The notes below the pieces were generated by a model. The model did not search any database. It had not been told where the DNA came from and saw only the letters and a program-made list of their open reading frames with translations. A stretch of 54,674 bases of DNA, the filler included, from Sphacelaria rigidula (Eukaryota), in NCBI GenBank assembly GCA_964200075.2. It is 4 parts of 4 records of this genome, joined end to end, with 100 filler letters (N's around TTAATTAATTAA, not from the genome) between each part and the next. Parts side by side here need not be neighbours in the genome. Positions count along the whole stretch, not along the records: positions 13,696 to 27,289 come from CAXNAA020002781.1; positions 27,390 to 40,982 come from CAXNAA020002782.1; 2 more parts are not named here. One strand, written 5' to 3'. This document shows positions 24,901 to 35,483 of this stretch, in pieces (positions within the stretch are counted from its first letter, which is position 1; every line of letters begins with the position of its first letter). Position numbers and translations under genes: made by a program.

Positions 24901-25906
24901 AGACCCGGGACCTATTTTAAAGCCGTACGGAAGAGGGTGACACAAGGTACAATCACCAGGAGCGCGCATCATTCCCAGGGTATCCCCACGAAATGGCGAA
25001 ATGGCCATTCTTTGCCCCCGTCCTATTTTCGAACAATCTCAACAACGGGGACGAGGAGCAGGGCACCGTTCAGGGGGGGCGCGGTATCCCAAGGAAATAG
25101 ACGGACACGAAATGCTGACGAAACGCCCCCCCCCCCCCCTGCTTCAGCTCCTTTTTGAAAGGGATGTAGGTTAACGGTCAAACGGCGATGGCAAGCAAAA
25201 AATGAGTGCCTTCCCTACCCACCCCCGTCCAGATGTAGCCCATTGGATGTTGTCATCCATAAACAAGATAATCAGCAAGCCTCGGGTCGAACAACCATTT
25301 GCAGGATATAGCTCACCCTTCATGCGACTCACCGAATCCATCACGGTGCTTCGCGCTCAGTGATCGACTGCGAGCCTGGTCCGGCGAAAACCCGGTGTGC
25401 TCCATCCTGGCTTTGTAGAGAAGCGAAGTCAATGGTCTTGTGACTGAAGCATGCGAGATCGTGAGTTCACCCCCCTCCACCTCTCCCCTCCAACCTATCA
25501 TTCTAATCCAACCCTTGCGCTCAGAAGTGATGGTGCGTCATCCCCGGTCTACTTTCCAAGATACCATATGTCAAAATGCGCATGTTCCCACTCCCCTCCC
25601 CCTGGCGTCGCCGAACCACTGAATCAGGCGGGGATCGACGCACCGCACCTCGGAGTCGGTGCCGTCGCTGGGGACGAGGAATCGTACGAGACGTTCAAGG
25701 ATTTCATGGACGCCGTGATCGAGGGATGGCACGGATACAAGCCCACCGACAAGCACAAGATTAATATTGACCCGTCCAACATTTCGCTCACCGAAGCGCA
25801 GGCCAAGAAGTTCGATGCGTACGTCATCTCCACGCGTATCCGTGCGGGACGCTCCATCCGCGGGCTCCCTTTGCCGCCGGGCACGAACCGCGCTCAGCGC
25901 CGCAAG
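21944..25906 (+). CDS. Phosphagen kinase (ATP:guanido phosphotransferase, creatine/arginine/taurocyamine kinase family), first three exons
   Basis: Phase-0 GT-AG exons: 21944-22027 MAFFATVRSNKNAVAGGAAAVIAAGTAA; 23285-23560 AALAPKAETK...NFPILTPKHKSL...KTASGFSFDDVIQ; 25628-25906 AGIDAPHLGVGAVAGDEESYETFKDFMDAVIEGWHGYKPTDKH...YVISTRIRAGRSIRGLPLPP...RAQRRK. VGxVAGDEESY, HGYKPTDKH and STRxRxGRSIRG are family hallmarks. The C-terminal half is missing at the contig end. Exon 1 assignment is less certain. Confidence 0.93.
25305..25478 (+). repeat. Dispersed repeat related to the YR-element terminus
   Basis: Aligns by eye with 35217-35393. Its 3' end (GTCAATGGTC...GCATGC...GAGTTCA+C-run) resembles 66-127. 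Confidence 0.75.
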
Positions 25907-26684
25907 GTGAGGCTGTTGCTGTGCTAAAAATAGGATTATAGTGCTGGCCGCGGAGGTGGACGGTATATTCAAGCTAATATGTCGGCAGGCTATGATTTCC
26001 ACCTATGTCCGAAACGGGATATGAAGACAAGTACTCTTGTTTCTACCCTTCTGGATAGCAACACCTTGTACTGTTCAGGGTTGGTCAACTTTCGGCAGAA
26101 ATCAAAGTTGTCAGTTCACCTAGATTCACGCACGGTTTGTCTTCGATGATGGATTTTTTAGGTGTTCAGTTGTCCTGTACATGATGAACATTCAACACAA
26201 TTTTTGGGTTCCTTACTTGTGGCGCCCATGTTGACGTTTAGAGATGCTGTCAGGTGGAGGTGGGGGGTGGAAGGGTGCCTGCCGAAGAGAAAGTTTCCGC
26301 GGCATATTTCAATCGCAGTGTTCAAGAAGCTGTGCTTTATACTTCATTAAGAAGACAGGCTGACATGCATTTTGTGCGGTGGGCTACTGAACATTAAGGG
26401 GACAACACTTTCCCTCGTCCCTCCTGTCCGGCGTATCCATGAACACGTGAACGTACCCAACGCCGATCACGTGAAAACTCGAACAAGCACTAACCCACCA
26501 CGGATCAAGCTATAAACACCTTCAAAATCGGGCAGATAAGCCAACGGCACTTTTGCTGGCTAGCTGGCTATATGATCACGTTTTCACCACGTGTGAAGTT
26601 CAACTCATAGCTACGCAATCAAACAATACAACAACACGCCAAATAATGCTTGTTATGTATATGTGTCTTTTATCCCGTTTTTTC

Positions 26685-27200
26685 CAGGGGTCTACTGTAC
26701 AACTTTCGGTGTATGTGGGTGCACCAGCGGGGATCGCACAAGAAGGTTGATCAGGGTTTTCTTTGTTTTCGTTCCATACTCATGACACGGTAGGGGTTGC
26801 ACATTGGGCCCAGATGTTTTTCATTGGGATGCTCCTGGAAGAATATGGGTGAGGACATTGCCGTTCAAAATTTCATTCGAAATATTCTATGAATGAGGAC
26901 ATCGTCGTTTTGAATTTTATTCGAGAGAACTCAAGCCTATGGAAATGTTAATCGTGACGTGCTCTCACATGTTTCATAAGTCGTTTTGGGATGAGATAAA
27001 GGGCTCCTGACAATCCAACCTGAGGAGTATTTTGTGCAACCCTACCGCGGCATGAGTCTCCACCGTGTACTTCTGCGGTGCTTGCCTTGCTTTTTGTCAC
27101 GAGAATGGCTCGGCTATCCCCTTCCCTGGTGGATAGTCAAATCGAATTATGTTTCTCTCACGAAGTAATCGCTTCCCATTGTTGGGCATACTGTCATACA
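26685..27200 (-). mobile_element. SINE family A copy interrupted by a MITE
   Basis: 26685-26775 and 27062-27200 are reverse complements of consecutive parts of the 53588-53950 SINE (e.g. CTTCTGCGGTGCTTGCC). Confidence 0.7.
26778..27057. mobile_element. MITE nested in a SINE
   Basis: TIRs ACTCATGACACGGTAGGGGTTGCACA / TGTGCAACCCTACCGCGGCATGAGT. Internal sequence is shared with 31702-31949. Confidence 0.75.
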
Positions 27201-27289
27201 GGCTGGGCCAGAAAAAAGTGCCGCATTTGCATGTTCTACCATAACTCGTCAAGTTTACCAAATCAGCTCGACTTGAGCATATCGCTGTG

Positions 27290-27389
27290 NNNNNNNNNNN
27301 NNNNNNNNNNNNNNNNNNNNNNNNNNNNNNNNNTTAATTAATTAANNNNNNNNNNNNNNNNNNNNNNNNNNNNNNNNNNNNNNNNNNNN
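27290..27389. other. Artificial contig linker
   Basis: N44-TTAATTAATTAA-N44. Confidence 0.98.
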
Positions 27390-30300
27390 AGTTCCCCCCC
27401 CCCCCCCCCCCCCCAAATTTCTGTTGTTTTGCCGCTCCTTACAACGGACAATAATAAAAAATCTGGAAAAGTGCCTTTTTGGAGCTTTTAAGTCGTTTTA
27501 CGCCCCAGGAAAGAGCTAGGCGGAGTTTGACATCTTGGAATGACTTCCTCTTCTAGTTGAGGCGGTTCCAGGACACCTTCTCGTTTTCCGGTGACCGCAG
27601 TTTTATTTCGGCCAAACAAGAAATTTTCGTCTAAGACCGGTAAAAAACAGTCAAATTTATAAGAAAATCGCCACTTTTCTATGGACTTGAAGAGCAAGTC
27701 ATTGCAAGGGGTCAAAGTCTCCGAGCTCTCTTTTGGGGCGTAAACGACGTAAAAGCTCCAGGAAGCAATTTTCAGTTTTTTATTTTTCATTTTTGTCTGT
27801 TATAAGTTGCGGTCTGAATCATGTCTCGATTCGCAAAGTTTGGGGTCAAACAGTATCCGTGATTAGGCGGTGTCTTAGCGCATCATATTTCGATCGAAAA
27901 AGGGCGGTGGAAAACAAGAATTCCGATCTAATGAGTTGTGATTTTAATCATATTCAAGATAGACTACGATAGTTGAAATCACGACGTATCAGATAGGAGT
28001 TTTTGTTTTCCACCGCACATTTTCGATCGAAAAATAGTGTGCCAAGACACGCCCTGACAGAGTTATCCCTTTTCAATAATATCGAGGCATGTTTAGGACG
28101 TATAATTAATCATCCATGGCAAAACACTTCGAGACAGTCATTCTCCAAGGCGTCAAATATGGTGCGAAGGGAGCAGAGATTTTTGGGAGAGAGGGCTCCA
28201 CATCAGCACGGATAACTGGCACTACAGAGGTTGGGCCGCGCATATCTCGGACGGATGGGCTAGAAGGTATGTCGCAGCGTAGTTGGGAAGCATTGGTTGT
28301 CCGATATGTGTACGCGTGAGGTTAAGCACGATAGGTCCGTGAAGCGATCGCCTGTGGTCGGCGTGTACTTGCTGCGTACCGTCTGTGCAAGATAGGCCGT
28401 GAGTGTGGCAAGGAGTAGGCATATACACGGAGGGTCCAGCGCGTTCGCTGCGGTGCGGCGCTCTGTGCCATGCAACGGCACATGTCGCCATGCTACAGTA
28501 ATTTATGTCCACGATGCACTTGTGATTTCCCGTGCGTATTCCGCGAGGTGAAGACGGCCCGAAATGCGCATGGGGCCTTCATGTTACGCATGACAGCTCT
28601 CTGACACTGCTGTGGTCAGTGCAGTACAGTCTAAAGTGTTCGCCAATAAGACCTCCTCGGAGCATATGCGGTAGTGCTCATATGACTTAGGGTCAGGTGA
28701 CGCAAACCCGACGCCACAACCTGTAGCACGGCCTGTGCTCTAGTGACACCGGCCCGTAATTCCTGCTGCATGTATCACGCGCGAAAGGTAGGCGCCGTGC
28801 GGCGCCGCATTTGTAGCAGTGCCCGCCACATGTGTTGAGAGATGCTCTTCAACGAGAAGAGGATGCTGCCCCTCACTCGCACGGCGATGATTGTATGAGC
28901 GAGTTGCACACGAATATACAATGTTAGGTTAACGTGTACGATCATATAGCTGTGCAGGGTGATAAGGTTTCCCTGAGCGATGCACCAGCGCCCGGGTCAC
29001 CCTGCGTGACCTCTGCAGCTGAAAATCGGACATTTTTCAACATCAGACGGTGTGATGGCAGGGAGCAATGTCGGCGTAAATAGGAAGAATATGGGGGGAA
29101 CAGTGCGTCAGTGGCAAGCTACTACAGAAATAATATCGGGCCTCGTGGAGGGGCAGTTCGGAACTGAAACCATTCATTCACTGCTTGACCGCTTTTAACA
29201 CTCAATCGTGTACAGATTTTCATTGGCGCCCGATAACACGGTATATGGCCACTGACGTGGGCTTCATCGTCACCCGATCCCTGCTCCCAATTTCCTCACC
29301 ATGTTGTCGGTGAAACCAGACAGTAGCGCGGCAGACAGTGAAGAGGAGTCGGATGCTGAAAGCTTGCCGGAACCCGGGAACTTCTGAGCGGAGAAGAGCA
29401 CCCACTTGCAGCGGCGTGGTGAGCACTCAATGCTTTCTGTTTTTTTCAACGTGTAGACGGAGCCAGAATGGAATCATCGTACATGCTGGGAGCAAGACGG
29501 CACAGAACATCTCCCGATGAACGATAGGCCGTGTCCGTATCACCCGGCATAGAGTAGTCGAGGATTGCATTCTGTGCCCCACCTGCTTCTTGGAATACCT
29601 GTCGCCCGTGGGACTCCCGGTTGCTGACGAAGCATTAACTTTTTTTCAATGCAATAGATGGAATCATCGTGGAATGATTAGCACTAGTACCGTTTTTGTT
29701 CGCGTTATTACCACCAGTAGTATTTCCACGCACCAGGCGCTTGTCTCCCAACAGGGGTCACAGGCGTATGGTGGTATGTCGATATCATGCCCCGGCACCC
29801 GTGGCAAGAGATGGCACTGCACTGGTATATTCAAAGACTCCAATACACTCAAGAATAAAAACACACGAGCAGGAAATGAAATGAAGATCCCCCCCCCCCC
29901 CACGTTCATCTCGGTAACGTAACACAAATACTAGCACCTAAGTTATTTTCCGATATCGTGTAGCGGAAAAGAAGGAAAGAAAAACATAAGTGGCATAACT
30001 GTCGGGCAAGGGTGTGGGAGGCGTTCAAAACTCACGAAAATTGTCTGGCAGGATATGGAGACTGCACAGCAAACAGTATCCGCAACCGGGTACGTTATCA
30101 AGAGCGTACCCGGTCCCCTGGTAGCGGTACGGGACGCTTACGGACTCTTACAATTATCGGACGAGGGTATGATAGTGTTCCAGAGGCTTCAGAACTGTCG
30201 GGTACCAGTATGAATTTGTCAGGTACGGTAAGTTATTGCTTGATTGATTTGATTGTCGCACTTGAATTGACCCCCCCGTATTCGGTGGTGGTCGCATGAT

Positions 30301-31701
30301 GGCCTCGCCCAAGACACAAAAGTCAAACCGACCCTGGAAACCGTTAGAAACAGCAAAAAAGTAGAACCCAACGATATAATAGACTAAGACGTACAAAATA
30401 TGATCACAGAAGCCTCGGGTATACAGAAAACCGTACCCGACAGCGCACGACCTTGGAAAACTGCACCGCGACGAGAGGAGGCGCGCGCGCAAGTCATGGA
30501 AAGTTGCCGCAGATTAGAGTATTAACGAAAATTCCCTACAGTAGTGAACATTGCGTCTGACATGAAGCAGCTTCATGCTGTAATATCACCGGAATTGAAG
30601 ACGCCACACCACTGTCGTGCGCTCTTGTTACTGCGACTGGCGCAGATATCCACGTCGAGCAGGTCTAACGTTTTACTGGTTGTCCATGGGACGAAGGGCG
30701 CCGCAGGATGACAGGCCGTGACCGTTGGTGGGAGGAAGTGCGGCCGTAGAAACGGGGCCGACGAAGTTATGCTGTAGTAACGCCGGTCACCCGGTGATTC
30801 TGCCGCGTAGATCCCAAGGCCGGGACCCGGCGGCAAGTTGACTTGACAACCGTGCTGAATGTGTCACGGTCCGCCCGTCAAGTGTGATGCCCAGCTAATC
30901 GTCGGGTGGTATGGTGGTGGCGATTGCGAAGACAGACAAGGGCAATTTGTGTGGAAGCGCCCAGACTTGCGGGCCGTACGGTGCGATGGTATTTGTGCGG
31001 AGACGGGGGCGGGTATAGGCAAGGGTTTTCGTGTAGCCCAATGGCCCCGCCGTGCAGGGGCGTCGTTAGTATTGTTGGCGCGGTGCTGCACGGTAACCCT
31101 CATTCCAGGTTGTATCAGTCATCGAGCGGTGCGATTCATATAATTATTCCGGGACGTTTTCACGGCATGTAGCGGTTGAGAGATGAGCGCGAGGGACGGC
31201 GGGGCACGCAAAACCTCTGTCGTGTTTTGCGACATGAATGCTCGTGGGGTGTGCACGGCTTGCTACCGCCAAGCGATCTCGTGCGCACCGACGATCCCCT
31301 CTCCTTTTTTATTTTTTTATTTTCGTTGTATTGTCAACACTTTTATTCGTTTTTTTTTATTTTCTGTTTTGGTATCGCATCTGTGTGATTAATTTCCCGT
31401 ACGGTTGGCTATTCAGATTTATTTCGCCCCATGATTGGGTTCCTTGTCTTTTACCACGGAAAGCGTCCGCGTGATATGCCCGGTACAGAGCAATGTCATG
31501 ATGTCGGAATGGATTAAATTGTAAAGACAACAACAACAATAACTACAACAACAACGACACGTTGGGCACATGGGCCGTGTTTCACCAACAATCCACATCC
31601 CCGCGAGTACCACCCATCAAAACTCTGATCGCCACAAATATGGGGTCCCGAGCATTGGGGGGTCATGATAGTGCGAGAGGCCAAGGTTTCCCCCGGGAGC
31701 A

Positions 31702-31949
31702 ATGCTACGGTAGGGGTGCACTTTTCATGCAAAATCTTGTCTGGTGCAGGGGCTCCTCACGATTCTAGATACACAAGAGTGTGGGTCAGAGCATCCCCGT
31801 TTGCAAATTCATTCGGGATATCCCCAGCACATTGGAATATAGTTATCCTGGCGTACTCTCACATATTCCATGAGCCGTGTTTTGGATAAGATAAAGGGCT
31901 CCTAACAATTCTAATGTCAGGGGAAAAAAAAGCACCTCTACCGTAGTAT
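31702..31949. mobile_element. MITE, same family as 26778-27057
   Basis: TIRs ATGCTACGGTAGGGGTGC / GCACCTCTACCGTAGTAT; shared internal CTCTCACAT...GATAAAGGGCTCCT. Confidence 0.7.
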
Positions 31950-34900
31950 CACTCCCGGCCTTCGCAGCCGGTGCCTTGCGTACGTGCATTTTTGCTGCGA
32001 TGCGAAGCGCTGCCGAACTGGCCATGAAAATGCCGCCTGTACCTCGGCTGTAACTTTTCTCATCATATGGCGCCGAGGATATTAAAGTTCTCCGTATTCC
32101 AGCGCCGCCTGAATAAGCGGTGAAAAGACTCGTGCGCCGTCTTGCCTTCAAATTACCTGTAGCAGTCGATTGCACTGCACAGTACCGTCACCGTGCATAA
32201 TCCCGCGACGGGGTTGAATATCTTACGCAAAGTCTAAGCGATAGATGTCGGTCACAACTACCTTCGCGCGGAAGACACGCTCCACGGTGTTGCAGGGACT
32301 GCACCAGGACTACGGGTGGACATCACTGCCGCCAGATATTTTCTTACTACCCACGCTCCCAGTTTATCACCGCGGTATTCCGCAGTGTGCCCCCCCTGGC
32401 ATTTGCTCTGAATAAGTGTACTGCATAGAGTATGGAAAATGTGGTCGCGATAAAAACGACGTATCTGCCGCGACAGATTGTTGCCATGTGGCGGAAAGTG
32501 CATACCAAGAGCAAATGAAAATGGCGTGATGGCGTGCCTCTCAGGGAAAGGTCAATATCTTCACATGGAACCATGACGTCGCATAGTATCCGGTTGATTG
32601 TGATGGGAAAATACTACAACAACCTCCCCAATCATTCTCACGCCGCCGTGATGCGGAGGACGGTAAGTCTGTCACTGTAGGAGAAGAGACGGTGCCCGCT
32701 GCCGGAGCAGGTTCGCAGTGCTCCTCGGCTGAACACACTCTCCTCTTCGGCTACTCTGCGCGGCCCCGTCTTGCTCGACACGGCGCCTAAACCGCAATTG
32801 CATCTGCCTCTAACATGTGGAGAACATTCACTGTTGAGCATTCCCCGTCTTGGCTCCCAGTCTCGACCGACAGGGGGCCAAGGTAGACGACAAGGCAGGC
32901 AAGATATGCCCCTGGCTCCGCACAGATTTGATATCATTACCCTCTAGAACTGTCATTAGAGAGTGTTCTAGTTTTCGAAACAGCTTAAGCGTCGTGCCAA
33001 ATCATTGTTTCAGGCCACGCTGCGCTTAAAACGCATTGCATCGCCGCAACTGCTGCGTCGACACCTAGCTTCGGCTTCAACTCACACATGCGTCAACTTT
33101 CAGCTTCATCAGACGCCAGGTGTGCTGTGTTGGGGCGCCTATTCTCCGCAAATACCGCCTCCATATTTTACTAAAAAGGAAAAACACTGCTGAGTCGTGG
33201 TAGCCGAGAAACCTATCATGAAAAAAACAGTGTCGATCGAAAAAATGCGAAGTTTACACTTGTACTGCTGTATCTATCGACCGAAACAGCGCGGCTTCGC
33301 ATAATTCATACTTACTGTACATACTTATAAACACTGTATTATTGGTTCTACATCCATCGACCCGCTGCGATTCGCCCCCAAATACATGTCGCGGTCGGAC
33401 ATCAGTCTTGCGCAGAAAAAAAAGAAAAAAAGAAAAAAACGGAACAGAGTCTGACCTTTCGTCGTCCCGGCACGCGCTGCTGCAGCGCCTCGACACGGAT
33501 GCAGTGAGATGGGGTTGTTGTCTGTGGTTGCCAGGGGACGTGAACGCACTTCCAGCGTCTCGCAGCGCCTACAGCGCGCGTGCTGCCGTGTCTCTCGAAT
33601 TGAGCACTACAGGCAGCTTTGCTTGTGTGGACGTTTTTTAATACTTTATTTTTGTTACATCTTAGTCTGCTATGTCGTTCTGTTCGATCCTTTTTTTTTT
33701 TAATTGTTTTTCTGTTCCTCCTTTTCTTCAGAGCGTGTTTCGGTTTCGTTTTCCTTGGGTACGTCTATCATGTGGATAATGACCACGGCTAGACCCCTGG
33801 GGGGTCAGTTAAAGTGCGACAATCAATCAATCATAAAGGCAGTACGTCCAGGCGTTCCGCCCATATGGTCATTATCCAGCGGGTGCCCTATCACAGATCC
33901 ATGTTTGCTTCTCAGCGCAGCAGCGTTTCAGGTGCTGATGATGACAAACTAATTGGAGCCGTTACTTCACATACGCGTTTGCTGACGGTGTATGCATTTG
34001 TGGGCAGCGGGGCAGCCGTTTCGGGTGCGTATTCATGGGGTGTTCGCGTCGCTAGGGCTGCCCCCCCCCCCCCCACCGCAAGCGTCGGCGCCCGAGGAAA
34101 ATGCTTTTTGTCATGTGCCCGACTAGTGCTCCAAGTTTCACGTTGCAGCACTCCGCTGATGTAGAGAAATCCACATTCAAAGATGCGGATAAAATGCGGG
34201 AAAATATACTAGTCAAAGGTGGAAAGACAAATCAGGTTACGTTGCACCGCACACTCCACGTACAGAAAAGTGCCGGCGGCACATCTACTCTCCTGGCCGG
34301 CAATACCGCAGTGGTCTGGGATATTGCACAAGGATTCATGACAGCGTGACAGTGAGGGTTCGGTAAATGGCCCTTTGAGGCCTTACGGTTGTAATGGTAT
34401 CGGCCGTATCGTTCGGGTAGAACACTTTCAACCGGAGTAACAGCGTGGGTGTGTGGTGAAGTCTTGGACGATGATTGATTGGTTGATTGATTGTCGCACT
34501 TTAACTGACCCCCCAGGGGTCCAACCGTGGTCTCAAGAAAAACGGAATTCAAAGACGCTCTACGATAGAAATGGGGTTCACGTATGTCAAAATTTTATAA
34601 CGTGTTCCGCAATACCGAGGACGGCTCGGGCTCATCCATCACAGAAGCAAAGACCGTGAACGTTCAGAGAAGATAAGTGGATGTCGGCAAGTGTTTCAAG
34701 TCACGGATACTGGCCGGGGTGTAACCATCGCCCACCGCCATAAACTGCGATCTCCGAAATAATACAACTTATCCCCGAATAAGACACAAGAATGCTGCAA
34801 TGTATGTGTGGGCCAGGCATGTCAGCAAGAGCATCGTCCCCCTACCACACGAAGATCCACAGTAATTCGCGAAGGTGGTGTTCTGTGTTCTGTGTTTTTT

Positions 34901-35216
34901 TTGCGGAAATTGGGAATTTGTTTCCTGGCATACTGTAGCGTACACCCTCATGTGTGTCGAACATTCCGATGCAATCCTGACGCTGAGTGTGGAATCGTGC
35001 TCCGAACACTCCGGGGATGGTTCCAAAGGGCAGTTGCCGGTGAAATCAATTAATTTTTTTGTGCCCTTGTAGGCACCATGATTGAAGACAATACACCATA
35101 CAGAGCACGACCTGTCCGTTTCTCCTCCCCATCTTCGCCTGGGAATGCCTTCTGTGGCGAGATTATTGCGCAACACACAAGACAATCAGTACGCATCGGG
35201 CCGAAGAATCTCATCA

Positions 35217-35393
35217 GGATGCAGCTCAACCCTCATGCCACTCGCCGCACAAATCACGGCGCTTCGCGCTTGGTGATTCATCGCGAGCCTGGCCCGGCGA
35301 AAACCCATTCTGCTCCGTCCTGGCTTTGTGGGGATGCGAGGCCAATCGTCTTGAGGTTACGGCATGCAAGTCATGAGTACCCCCCCTCCCCCC
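35217..35393 (+). repeat. Dispersed repeat related to the YR-element terminus
   Basis: Homologous to 25305-25478; ends CATGAGTA followed by a C-run. Confidence 0.75.
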
Positions 35394-35483
35394 ACACCCT
35401 TCCCTCGTTCTCCCATCGTCCAACACACACACACGCGCGCGCGCATCCGTTTGCATTCAGCCGCCTATCTAGCACCGAAAGCA

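Noticed and set aside
10005..25906. Functional cluster of UBC9, CRT-like transporter and phosphagen kinase, or any link to the permease and LRR genes
   Set aside because: Artificial linkers separate the contigs. Only the CRT-like and kinase genes are true neighbours, and nothing in the sequence links their functions.
27390..33700. Coding genes in the first half of contig 3
   Set aside because: Only short ORFs without motifs, plus repeat-like sequence. Small exons cannot be excluded.
33900..34350. Possible extra exons upstream of the permease (ORFs 33814..34164 and 34101..34349)
   Set aside because: No recognisable motif, and the splice signals are weak. Cannot be supported without RNA data.
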